64,000 nucleotides of DNA from a virus, in the IMG/VR virus record IMGVR_UViG_3300006037_000005, positions 32,001 to 96,000 of that record; one strand, 5' to 3'. Each line of letters begins with the position of its first letter. The stretch's first letter is position 1. Position numbers and translations under genes: made by a program. Shown here piece by piece: positions 22,548 through 33,760 of this stretch. The notes below the pieces were generated by a model. That model saw nothing but the letters and a program-made list of their open reading frames with translations, searched no databases and was not told the origin of the DNA.

Positions 22548-22660
22548 AGCATTTATAAAATTGTTGTAACTAACAATACAAGGTTTCAACATCCTAGAAC
22601 TTTCCAATTAAAGTATATTTGTTTACAACAACTTATCCATTTAAGGACAGTAGAAATGCT
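22548..22660 (-). ncRNA. Structured three-way-junction element, copy 2
   Basis: Outer stem AGCATTT/AAATGCT, inner stem TTGTTGTAA/TTACAACAA, side hairpin TGTCC-TTAAAT-GGATA. Confidence 0.55.
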
Positions 22661-23496
22661 TATTTTTTGATGTTAACCATGTCATAAAACCCATTTTGGT
22701 TAACATATTGTGGCATGGGGCATTTGGCATCGATCCATCCCTTGATAGCAATTTCTTTTATATAGAGTTCTTTTTCTTTTAATAAAAGTTCTGTAACACC
22801 CTGTGATCTTGCTCTGTTTGCTTCCGAAGTCAAATTTGCTAAATCAATTTCTTTCTTTGTATTAGCAAGTTTTTTATCCAGAATTTGAGATTCTTGTTCA
22901 ACCTTGTTTCTTTCAGCTATCTTTGCTATCATTGCATCTGTGAAAGAAAGTTGTGATGAATATGTTAGAAGTTCGAATCCTGCTTTTTCAAATATTTTTC
23001 TTAGTGTATCTGTACAAGCCTTCTCATACCTTAATTTACCACCATTGTTCATTAATTGTTCATCAGATAAACTGTTAGAGATCTCTCTTGATATATCTTT
23101 TATCCTTGGTTCTAATATTTGGTCTTCAATCATATCTAAATCAACACCAGTTCCAAGATGTTTATAATCAAACACTATATCTATTGCCCTATTTTTCAAA
23201 GCTTTATAAGTATACATCGGTGAGACATAGTAATTTGTATTATCCGTTGATGAAATTGTCAGTTTATCACCATACTCACCTTTTTGTTCGAATAGAGGAA
23301 CTTGTATGAGTTCAGTTCCCCAAGAAATTGTTGAGACTTTACCAGTAACATTATGGAAATCGTTTTTCCCATCTCTACCATAATTTTCCATCAACACACC
23401 TGCATAATTTGGTTTCACCCAACTGTTACAAGATGTAATACCAATAACTAATGCTAAAATTATAGCACCAAATCCGAGATTTTTGAAATTTTTCAT
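22660..23496 (-). CDS. SPFH/Band 7 domain lipoprotein
   Basis: Signal peptide with lipobox-like ITSC, VKPNYAGVLMENYG, C-terminal coiled coil. Confidence 0.8.
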   Translation of the reverse strand: MKNFKNLGFGAIILALVIGITSCNSWVKPNYAGVLMENYGRDGKNDFHNVTGKVSTISWGTELIQVPLFEQKGEYGDKLTISSTDNTNYYVSPMYTYKALKNRAIDIVFDYKHLGTGVDLDMIEDQILEPRIKDISREISNSLSDEQLMNNGGKLRYEKACTDTLRKIFEKAGFELLTYSSQLSFTDAMIAKIAERNKVEQESQILDKKLANTKKEIDLANLTSEANRARSQGVTELLLKEKELYIKEIAIKGWIDAKCPMPQYVNQNGFYDMVNIKK

Positions 23497-23662
23497 TTGT
23501 TTTTAAAGATTTTTGTTAATATGAAATAAAAGCCTATTATTGTTGCTCCCATAGACAGAAGGGATAGAGGTGGTGAAACATAATTGAATATGTAGACATT
23601 GAGATTTACTAAAATCATAAACAATATTACTAAACCAACTATTATAGATAGATTTTTCATTT

Positions 23663-24130
23663 CTATTCTTCTGTTTTTGTTTCAGTCAATGATTTAGCGA
23701 TCGGTGAAGGTTGTACCCATTTACCACCATTCATCCAACCTATTTGATTTTCAGTATCGAAAACACTCTTTCTATATTCAGTATTGCGAACAAGTCCCAT
23801 AGTAACTGATTTCACAAATTCTGATTTTTCTTTTTCTACAGTTAGTTGTGATTTTAAAATCTCTAACTCTAAATTGAATTGCATTTTATTCAATTCTCTT
23901 TCCCTTTGGTCAAGTTCAGAATTTCTCGCATCATGTTTTCTGTATTCTTCTACAATAGAATTCAATTTTTCCACTTCTTGTGATTTGGTGGCAAGAAGAT
24001 TTTTATATAATTCTAAAGACTTAGCATCTTTATCTGCCTGCTCAAGTCTTACTTTCAAGACATCACCAACATGTGCTGGTAGATTTTTCTTTATGATTTC
24101 TTAAATCTCCTTGTTTGTGTTTGTATCCAT
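23663..24130 (-). pseudogene. Coiled-coil hypothetical protein with an in-frame TAA at codon 10
   Basis: ATG 24130 reads MDTNTNKEI*EIIKKNLPAHVGDVLKVRLEQ, in frame with ORF 23663..24058. Confidence 0.55.
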
Positions 24131-25024
24131 TTTTGTTTATTGTTTAGCTCCTGTTTTGATTAAATATTCTGAATAAAGAATTTCTATCATACCATCAACT
24201 GGTTGAAATTTCTTATTTCCTTTTGTATCAATGAAAAATTCAGAGGTTTCAGAATTTTCATGAACATTAAAAGAACCAAAATATTTTTTACCAATGTTAA
24301 ATGGCTGGAAATTTATTAAAGCATTTAGAGAATCATATGTTATGATCGGTAATGCTTTAATAGCATCTGCAAATTCAGTTCCTTGTTTTGGCATATATCC
24401 AAGTCTAACTTTCTTCCAAATCTTAGAATCTGGATTTTTGTCGAAAGCGATAGCTGATATACCACCACAAACAGCACCCATGGAATCAGATCCATAATAA
24501 TCAACATCCTCCTCTACAAATTTCATGAATAAAGATTTAGATTCAGATACTGCATTTTTGCAAGAATCAGAAAAATCTTTAAATTTTTGGTGTAATTCAG
24601 ATTCTTTATCTATTTTGTAAAACATGTTATATTTTAGTTTCTAGTGTTTTTCTCAATTCTTTTATCTTCTCAAAAATATCTGGATTTTCTTTTTCCATGA
24701 ACAGATCGTGTTCTAGATTCTCTTTCAAGATGTTGTCTTGATTTATATCTTTGATTATCTCATTATCAGAAATTTCCGATAAAATATCTGGATTTTCAAC
24801 AGATTTGTGGCTATATTGTGGTGATCCTCTACCATCAGTTATTTTTAAAAAACCATCACCATTGTGATTATCTATAATAAATGATGTTCCACAATACTTT
24901 ATTTTTATACCTTGTCTCGTAGAACCAACATGTAAATTCTGCCAATGGAGTGGAGTACCAGATGGTGTCACAACATAATTAATACCAACAATTGATACCT
25001 CTTCATTGTTCCAATAATATTTTA

Positions 25025-26140
25025 TCATAGATTAAAAGTTTTAGTTTCAATATACTCTCTTAATTGTATGAAACCTTTATAATTTTTACACCAACCAAAA
25101 TTGTTTGGATCTGTTATCTTACCTCTACAGTAGCTATTATATTCATCAGTAGACATAGATTTGGCACAATGTTGCAAAGGACTATTGTGATTTTGTTTAA
25201 TTAAATTATCAAAAAGTTTAAAATCATTTTCATAATTATGTTTGTCTGGATGGCCAACTGTTGTATAAGAAACCCTTGCACATCTTGCTGTTGCAATCTT
25301 AATTTTTGCTTTCACGAAATTATCTTTTGAAAACTCCGATTTAGATTTTAGGATTTCAACAAGTTTTGTATTATCAATATCATCACCAAAAGGTGTGTGC
25401 CATTCAGATGATTCAAGTATTTTTGGGGTTGAGTTATTGTAAGCATCATACATATCTTCTGCCAAAGATGATATATGTATTTCTGCCATCCCATCATTCA
25501 TAGATAACCAATCTGTATCTGACCATTCGGAAATTTTCTCATAATCGGACAAACCGTTTTTGATACTGGACCAATGTTTTTTAGCCTCTTCCCTACTCTT
25601 ATACCTAAGATCATTTTCTTTACCAACATATTGATAGTATTGTGGACATCTTAGATTATAAAAATTTTTTAAAGCAGATTCAGTGGTTGTACAAATAACT
25701 GTTTGCCACATGAAACTTTCCAATAATCTATTGGAAATCTGCTTGGTAAGACCCATGGAATCAAGATATTTAGCATTTTTAACTGCATCATTTCTTGCTA
25801 TTAACCATCTATCTTGTAATCTTTCGATATCACAAATTGTTTCACCACCAACCAAATTTTCGATACCATCTGATTCAGTGAAATATTCTGAACCCTGCAT
25901 ACCTTTGTGTTGTTTTTGCCAGGCTATTGGTATGAATGGATCTTCCTCTACAACAGATAACATCTTGCTGAATGGTATAGCCCTAGAAGAACTTGAATTC
26001 TTTGAAAACATATTGTGTGTATTGAGTTCAGCAAGAACTATTCTTGGTAAAACACAAACAAAAGATATCAAATCCTCCCCACCAGATATTGATTTACTGT
26101 GCGCTACAATTTTGGCTGAAATTTTTGTTTTATTATTCAT
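25025..26140 (-). CDS. thyX: Flavin-dependent thymidylate synthase (ThyX/Thy1 family, phage type)
   Basis: PRIVLAELNTHNMFSKNSSSSRAIP, KQISNRLLE, NFYNLRC, ARCARVSY, HNSPLQH. Confidence 0.85.
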   Translation of the reverse strand: MNNKTKISAKIVAHSKSISGGEDLISFVCVLPRIVLAELNTHNMFSKNSSSSRAIPFSKMLSVVEEDPFIPIAWQKQHKGMQGSEYFTESDGIENLVGGETICDIERLQDRWLIARNDAVKNAKYLDSMGLTKQISNRLLESFMWQTVICTTTESALKNFYNLRCPQYYQYVGKENDLRYKSREEAKKHWSSIKNGLSDYEKISEWSDTDWLSMNDGMAEIHISSLAEDMYDAYNNSTPKILESSEWHTPFGDDIDNTKLVEILKSKSEFSKDNFVKAKIKIATARCARVSYTTVGHPDKHNYENDFKLFDNLIKQNHNSPLQHCAKSMSTDEYNSYCRGKITDPNNFGWCKNYKGFIQLREYIETKTFNL

Positions 26141-26578
26141 TATTTTATTGTTAGTATAATTTATTTTCCGTTGTGTATTTGGTTTCTGAATTTTATGATA
26201 TCAGAAAGTTTTGAACATTTTTCATATTCTTCAATTTCTATATAATATTTGTGCATATCTTCTATCAAATCAGAATCAAGACCCACCATTCTTTGGTGTC
26301 TTTCAATGTACATTTCAATACTTTTATAATTTGGATACATTAACATTATAGTTTCATATATGTTATCATAAACCACAAAACCACCATTGTTTATCATATG
26401 ATACAATATTGACATGCATATGTTTATGTGTGCACTTCCTATATTGGTCTGATAACCATTGTGCTGTAAATTACTAGAGGCATAATAAAGAATGTAAACA
26501 TCTGATTTCATCATTCTTAGTATGGTATTCATTTTACTGTTGAAAGCCTGTAATCTGTCTTTTATCCTTTTCATGATT

Positions 26579-27571
26579 CTAGCAATACAAATCTATTTTC
26601 CTTTCATCTGATCTGAAACCATGATTAAACGAACATCTGAAAGAATTCGATATTAATTTTTCAATTTGATCATCGCTAACACCACAAAATTCCTTCAAAA
26701 TTTTGAATTCTTTTCTAATAGAGGTCTGTAAAAAAGAAAATCCGTCAGTATTTATAGTATAAAGAATTTTATACTCATTAAGTTTATCAAAAATGTATTT
26801 AAAATCCTCAATGGCAGTAACACAATCAGTTACTATATTTGATGTTGGGCAAATTTCAAGGCAAATACCTTTTTCCGATACAAGTTCCAAATGTTTGTCA
26901 TTATCTACAATACGAATACCATGCCCTATTCTATCAATTTTTATGTTGTTTAGCACAAAATCCAGTTCATCGGAAGAGCCTCTGGTTTCACCAGCATGTA
27001 TTGTTATTCCAATGTCTGTAGATTCTAAAGATTTAAAGACCTCAAGGTGTGTGTCAAAATTTTTATCTTTGAATTCTCCAGACATATCAAATCCAACTAT
27101 ACCCATCTTTGAATATTTATATGCTTTATCTGCTAATATCAAAGAATTTTCTTTGTTGAAATTTCTTGCTGTTTCTATTATGATACCAATTTTTATTGGA
27201 TATATAGATTCTGCTTTCATTTTGCCTTTTATAGCAGATAGTATGATAGCATCTAAATCATAGAGGCCAGAAAAATTCCTAAGCATTGGATTAAATCTGA
27301 ACTCAATATTAGTAACATTGTGGTTTATATAGAGATTAGAGGCTGATCTATAAACGGATAATTCAACACCATATGGTGTTGATTGTATCTTCTGTGTTAG
27401 ATTGAATTTTTCTAGATATTTGCTATGATCTATTTTATCAGAGAGATAAACAATTTTCTCGAATTCATTATAATCCTTGTATGGTAGCGCTATACCCTGT
27501 TCGTGAGCAATTTGCCACAAATCTTCTGCAGAGCATGAAGATCCAAGGTGGCTGTGTAAATCAGAATACAT
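26579..27571 (-). CDS. Adenosine/AMP deaminase family protein
   Basis: Metal-binding DLHSHLG, TIHAGE, RIGHG, EICPTSN, INTDG. Confidence 0.9.
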   Translation of the reverse strand: MYSDLHSHLGSSCSAEDLWQIAHEQGIALPYKDYNEFEKIVYLSDKIDHSKYLEKFNLTQKIQSTPYGVELSVYRSASNLYINHNVTNIEFRFNPMLRNFSGLYDLDAIILSAIKGKMKAESIYPIKIGIIIETARNFNKENSLILADKAYKYSKMGIVGFDMSGEFKDKNFDTHLEVFKSLESTDIGITIHAGETRGSSDELDFVLNNIKIDRIGHGIRIVDNDKHLELVSEKGICLEICPTSNIVTDCVTAIEDFKYIFDKLNEYKILYTINTDGFSFLQTSIRKEFKILKEFCGVSDDQIEKLISNSFRCSFNHGFRSDERKIDLYC

Positions 27572-28209
27572 AAATTATTTGTTATGGTTAATAATTTTAA
27601 AATGTCTGAAATAAGAAAGTGTGGTATCGACTTCAAATGGCATAACACCACAATTTCTATTTATCCATGGTATACACATGGCAAGTTCGAATGTTGTGAT
27701 ATCCTCTTGTGGTTGCCATATCATTTCCAATGGAATTTGTAATTTAAAATTTGAATAATCCACAAAAATCGCTGTATTATCAAATTTAACTATGTTGCCT
27801 TCTGATTTAATTATTGAATTATCATCCATACTAATATTTTTTTAATTCTAATATTTCTTTTGATATTGTTTTAAAAATTATTTTTGATAAAGACAAGAGG
27901 TGAGATCCCTTATTTTTATTATAAATAGATCTTTTTCTCTTTGAAAATTCCTTCATAAAATTCAATACATCACACTGACTCTTATTTTTTAGATAGTTAG
28001 CTTTAAACTCCAAAAAATCATAATGTAATAATATTGCTTTATAGAAGGATAATTGTGGTTTTTCTAAATTTAGAACAAATTCATCAAATTTTATTGAAAA
28101 TTCTTCATCTACCAAATCTTTATACTTGGTGTGAAGAATTTTCAAATAATCATAATTCAAAGTTTTATATATACGTGTTGTTGACATTAAAAAATTTATA
28201 TCTAGAATC

Positions 28210-30606
28210 TTACAAAGTTTCTATATTGATATCTGAGAAATTGCCGTCGTTTGTTACCGAAAGTTTGTAATCGAAATGGTGGCTTGGTATTTCTGAGTGG
28301 TTACAGATAAAAGTATGCATTTTAAGTTCATCACAACATATCTGTTTTATTGTTCCTATAATGTGATCTCTTGATTCGACATCTATAGAAGATAAAACTT
28401 CATCCAAAAATATGACATTGATATCATTATATTTGGATTTTATGGTTTTTATGATTGATATTAAAGTACAGATGTCCATTTTGGCTCTTGTACCATCAGA
28501 AAAACTATCAAAATCAACTGTTATACCATTTCTATAAAATGTTGGTTTGAATTCCGCATTGAATGCTATATTGCCATTGACATCAAATTTCGGTAGATTT
28601 CTAGATACTTCATTGTTTATGGCTGGTATAATTTGTTGTAATATAAACGCTTTTATACCAGAATCAGAAACAATATCCAATAAAATTGAATCTTCGTATT
28701 TTTCAATCAATAATTTGTTTATAGCCTCTTTTTTGGTTGAAATATTGAGTTCTTGGACACTTGAGATTTTTGTCAAATCTTCTACTGCTTTATTTATATC
28801 TGAAATGTCTTCTAAAACAGATATCTTTGAATTCAGATGTGTGATTTCTTTTTGATAAAGATTTTGGGTTGCTAAAGAGGATTCCAGAGTTTGATTTATA
28901 TATTTCAGAGAATTTTGTATATCTATCAATTTCAAGGGATCAACATCTGATTCCAAATTTTTATCCTTTGTTTTATCAGAAAGTATGGATTTCTTTGAAA
29001 CCATACTTGATAATTCAGATCTTTTAATGGTTATTGTTTTTGAAATAGATTCAGAAGCATTTTTTATCTCTGATATATTCGTTTTGATATCAGATTCCAA
29101 AATCTGTTCTGGTAAGGAGGATTTTGATTTTTGGATCAGAATTTCTGTTTGGGAGAAATCAAAATCAGTTGTTGTACCAAGATTGTTGTAGAAATCAAGG
29201 AGATTAGTAGAAATTTCTTCGAAATCAGTTATAGTATCAAGCAAATTTTTGATATCTGAAATCTTGCCTCTCATGTCACGAAGTTTCTCTGAATTCTGTG
29301 ATGATATAAGATATGAATTCTCCTTATCTTTTATCTTGGCTTCCATAAAGTAGTTAACATAAACCAATTTGTCTTCATCTTCTTTTATTGAAAGTTCAAG
29401 ATTTTCTAAATAAGATGTATTTAAACCCGAATGTAAATCCGAATTACAAGTTGGGCATTTATCATTTTTTTCATAAACCTCTTTATATTTCTTGTTTGAA
29501 AATAAACGATTTTTTATGTCAGAGACAGTAGCTAAATTGTTCGCAATGTCTGTATTATAATCTTCAACAAGTTTCGAATGAATTTCAATATTTGATTTTA
29601 TTGCACCGATCGTATTCTGAATAAATTTAGAATAAGCTACAATTTGTTCAAATTTATCAAGTTTAGCTTTAAGAATTTTATTTGATTCGGCAGAAATGAG
29701 TTCCTGATACAACAATTCAATATCTGCCGTATTTTTATTTACAATAGATTCATTTAACTGAATATCTCTTTCAATATTGTGAATCAATTGGTCTATATCA
29801 GAAAGTTCTTTCTTATTAAGAAATAACTCTATATCAAGCAAATCATTTGATAATTTTAAACGATCAGCTTCTTTTGAAAGTGCTTCAGATTTTAAATTCT
29901 CTAATTCCAGACTATATTTATCCACATATGCTTTACATTCAGAGATCTCTAAATTTCTCTTAGAAAGCATATCGGTTCTGATCTCCTCAATTTTTGCTTT
30001 ATTGGATTCAACACTATGCTCTAGACCAGATATTTCATCATTCAATATATCAATATTGTCTGATTTCTCTTTATAAGATAGCTTAATTTTAGTAAGCATC
30101 AAATTCAAAACATAGAAATTGAAAAGTCTATCTCTAATTTGTCTTGCATCCTCTGGCTTCATAGACAAGAAAGATTTGAAAGATCTTATATTTAGAGATA
30201 TTGTGTTTCTGAATATGTGGATAGGTATGTCTGAAACTTGATTTTTGATGAAATCCTTTAATGAATCAAGAGAACCCAGATCTTCAGCCTCTTGGGAATC
30301 ATTTTTATATAATTTTATGAAATCTGGAGAATAACCCATATGGATTCTCCATTTCGTATTGTTGGATACGATCTGGATATCAATTTCAGCACCTTTCTTG
30401 TTGATTTCGTTTACAATCTGTTTTTTTGTTTTACCACCAAGATCAAAATATAATACTATTTTTAAAATATCAAGTATGGTGGTTTTACCAGTTCCGTTTC
30501 TTCCTTTTAGTAGCCATAGACCAGTTGGTAATGCTTTGAAGTCTATCTCTTGCCATTTGTCACCATAGATTTTAATATTCTTGAATCTTAAACTCTCAAT
30601 TACCAT
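28210..30606 (-). CDS. SbcC/Rad50-like recombination nuclease ATPase subunit (T4 gp46-like)
   Basis: Walker A GRNGTGKTT, coiled coils with CPTC zinc hook, FSDG signature, FLDE Walker B. Confidence 0.92.
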   Translation of the reverse strand: MVIESLRFKNIKIYGDKWQEIDFKALPTGLWLLKGRNGTGKTTILDILKIVLYFDLGGKTKKQIVNEINKKGAEIDIQIVSNNTKWRIHMGYSPDFIKLYKNDSQEAEDLGSLDSLKDFIKNQVSDIPIHIFRNTISLNIRSFKSFLSMKPEDARQIRDRLFNFYVLNLMLTKIKLSYKEKSDNIDILNDEISGLEHSVESNKAKIEEIRTDMLSKRNLEISECKAYVDKYSLELENLKSEALSKEADRLKLSNDLLDIELFLNKKELSDIDQLIHNIERDIQLNESIVNKNTADIELLYQELISAESNKILKAKLDKFEQIVAYSKFIQNTIGAIKSNIEIHSKLVEDYNTDIANNLATVSDIKNRLFSNKKYKEVYEKNDKCPTCNSDLHSGLNTSYLENLELSIKEDEDKLVYVNYFMEAKIKDKENSYLISSQNSEKLRDMRGKISDIKNLLDTITDFEEISTNLLDFYNNLGTTTDFDFSQTEILIQKSKSSLPEQILESDIKTNISEIKNASESISKTITIKRSELSSMVSKKSILSDKTKDKNLESDVDPLKLIDIQNSLKYINQTLESSLATQNLYQKEITHLNSKISVLEDISDINKAVEDLTKISSVQELNISTKKEAINKLLIEKYEDSILLDIVSDSGIKAFILQQIIPAINNEVSRNLPKFDVNGNIAFNAEFKPTFYRNGITVDFDSFSDGTRAKMDICTLISIIKTIKSKYNDINVIFLDEVLSSIDVESRDHIIGTIKQICCDELKMHTFICNHSEIPSHHFDYKLSVTNDGNFSDINIETL

Positions 30607-31262
30607 CTGATTTTCTTTTGTATATTCCTTGGTTTTTCTGTGTTTGATTTGGATATAAGTTCCACTTTATCATACAATCTTGTTGCACAGATTTGTTGGA
30701 AATCTTTGAATATCTTATCTTTAAAATCACTAAAAATATCAAAATAAGAACAGAAACCATAACCATAAATTTCACCCACCTGATTAAAAATATAAACTGC
30801 CACATTATTATCTCTCAATTTAACAAAAACAAATAGGTGAAAATTGGCAAAAAGTACTCCTTGCTCATAGAAAATCTCGTCAAGGATTTTATGTTGTTCT
30901 ATAGAATGTATCTCTCCCATGTTGGTGATGATATCAAGATTGTAATGAAGTCGTGACTTTTTCTGCAATCTTATCTGCAAATTCTTCTATTTTCTTACCA
31001 ATTTTTTCAGAAACCATTTTCTCGATCTTATTTTGGGTTTCAAAACTAAATACTGCTTTGTTTACAATCTTGGCAAGTTCTAATTTGGTTGCTTCACGAA
31101 CAGATTGAACGAAATTATCACCCTCACACAAATCATTTAAGGCAAGTTCAATCCCTTTACCAATTTGTTCCTCAATAGTTCCGTGATGTAATTGAACCTC
31201 CTGGATAAATTTTTGTGCGTTGATTCCTAACTCTAGTCTAATTGTTGCTAATTCTCCCATCT

Positions 31263-32405
31263 CTATAAGTTAATCTCATTTTGTTTAAGTTCCATTTTGC
31301 ATTCATCATACAAAATTTTTAACCTATCAATAATTTTTGGTTTCAAATCGTTCTCTATCAAAGATTGGTTTACATATGCTGGTATTGTAAATTCTACATC
31401 GACATTTGAATTGAATTCTATATCCTTGTTGGAAATTGTGATTTCTTGTGTTTCTGTATCAATTCTAACAAATTCAAGTTTGATGTATCCAACAAGAAGT
31501 TCCTTTATTAGATTCAAATTGAATTTTTCAAAAATATAACCCTCAACATAAATTTGAACAAAAGAATTTCTGACGTATTCATTAGCTTTTTCTTGATTGA
31601 ATTCTATAAATTCTTTCAATTTTATCTGTTTGAAATCGAAAGAATAAGGGTTTCTAAAAAACGTTTCAGATTCATCGGCAAAATCTAAAAGAACAATACC
31701 TCTATCCTCTGTATTAGCATCGGTGAAATTGAGTTTATTATATGCACCAACAAATCTTATATTGGCTTTTTCTTGTGGATTATGAATATGACCAGATAAA
31801 ACCCTTTTGAATTTTTTAAAATCTTCTATATCGTTGGCTTTCTTTTTTGTATTGGGTATATGTTTTGGATTGTACTGGCCATTGTACCAGAATCCATACA
31901 TAAAAGTATGACAAAACAAAAAAGAATCTTCTTTGAATTTATCAATAACAGAAATTTCAAGTTCTGCAGAATGATTCCAAGGCATCAAAGATAATGTTTG
32001 ACCCCAAATACTTGAGATTTCTGTTGGGTGTTCTACCACGAAGATATTTGGAGTATTCTTTAGGTCTCTTAGAGCATTTTTGGTGTTATCATATCTTTCA
32101 TAAATGTCATGATTTCCAACGAGTATTATGACAGTACAGATTTCTGCAACATCATTAAAAATATCACAAACATCATTATAAAGTTTGGATCTATTGAATT
32201 CTGGATTGTCAAACAGATCACCAAAAAATAAAATTGAATCCCCCTTTTTAAAATTGTGTTTTATTGTTGGTATTAAATGATTTGTTATTGAATGTTTGAT
32301 TTGATCAAACCAAAATTCTGAAGAGGAATGAACTCCGAAATGAATATCACCAATCAACCATAATCTAGATGGCTGTAAATTTTTAATATCGTTTTGTTTT
32401 ACCAT
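31263..32405 (-). CDS. SbcD/Mre11-like nuclease subunit (T4 gp47-like)
   Basis: GDIHFG, GDLFD, GNHD, CH, SGHIH metallophosphoesterase motifs close to gp46. Confidence 0.92.
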   Translation of the reverse strand: MVKQNDIKNLQPSRLWLIGDIHFGVHSSSEFWFDQIKHSITNHLIPTIKHNFKKGDSILFFGDLFDNPEFNRSKLYNDVCDIFNDVAEICTVIILVGNHDIYERYDNTKNALRDLKNTPNIFVVEHPTEISSIWGQTLSLMPWNHSAELEISVIDKFKEDSFLFCHTFMYGFWYNGQYNPKHIPNTKKKANDIEDFKKFKRVLSGHIHNPQEKANIRFVGAYNKLNFTDANTEDRGIVLLDFADESETFFRNPYSFDFKQIKLKEFIEFNQEKANEYVRNSFVQIYVEGYIFEKFNLNLIKELLVGYIKLEFVRIDTETQEITISNKDIEFNSNVDVEFTIPAYVNQSLIENDLKPKIIDRLKILYDECKMELKQNEINL

Positions 32406-33760
32406 AAAGGTTTTATATTGTTCTTATTGAAACAACCAGTAGAACTGTTTAGTTCTTTTAGTATGGCTTCTTGATAGAAAGTTTCAATCGAATTGAACAA
32501 ATCCTTTGTGTGGATTTTAAAATAATCGCAAAAAATATCAAAATAAAAAACATTATAAAGATTTTTTATTGACATATTCAACATTATATCTGAATAGAGT
32601 TTGGATTTTACATCAACAGATACCTTATAAAGAACATCATCAAGAGGTATGATGTTTATTGATCTTTCTTCTCTTGTTATAGAATTTTGTGTTATGGTAA
32701 AGATTTCATTGTTAATATCAAGTATAGTCCATTGATTTTGTACAGATCTTGATATTTTTTTAGATCCATCTCCGATTAGAATTATATCACCAGATTTCAA
32801 AAGATCTTTGTCTATAATTCTAAAAACATCATAAGCTGGATTTTTTTCTATCGAAGTTTTGAAAGCCTGTTTGAAATCATTTCTTATATTTTGGTATTCG
32901 TTGTATTTTTCTGGCTCATAAACAGAATCAAGATAGGTAGCAGAGTATGAAACATCTGGCCTGTAAGAAACAGTTGAGGGTCTTATCATCTCAATTTCAT
33001 CCTCATTTATATCATTCTGTTCACAAGTGTCCTCAATTTCGTCTTCAAAAAGCATAAAATAATCCGTTTCCTTGTTTAATATAACAATAAAATAAGTTAC
33101 ATTTAATATAATTTATTTTCTAAAATTCCATGGTTGATTTGGATCATCAATTTTCTCTTGTCTTTTAGCCATTACGCAAAGCATGTGGTATCTTATGCTG
33201 GTCACCAATCTTTGTTGTTCCATATTAAATTCAATCTGTTGGCATTTAATATGGCTTCCATTGAGAAAATCACAAATATTATTAGCCAGATGTTTATATT
33301 TCTTGTTTAGTACAGTGACTTCATCACCATTTTTAAGGATCGCTCTTTTTTGTCTCCTGCCAACAGAATATTGATTTGATAATTCTGCTATAGATTTCCT
33401 TTCAAATTTAATCATTACCCAAATCGTGAAATTCCTCAGAAAGATCCGAAGGATATTTTTGTTGTTTGATGTTTTTCAATTTCTGTTCCTCGAATTTCTG
33501 TTGTGTAAGTTCAGATAAAGATTTAACAATAAAACGCTGTGTTGGAACAGTAAAAATTGAATAGCTACCATTACATTTTTTATTAATATCCAAAGAAGAG
33601 GCAAATTCAAAAGGGATTGATATTCCAATCTCTTTCTGGTTTTGGATAAATTTTAAATCTTCCTCAAGTTCTTTTCTTCGGTCACAAATGTGTGTATCAA
33701 AACCAGTACCATCACTTGTTGCCCATTTGATTAGAAATTCATCTTTTGTCATAATGTTTA

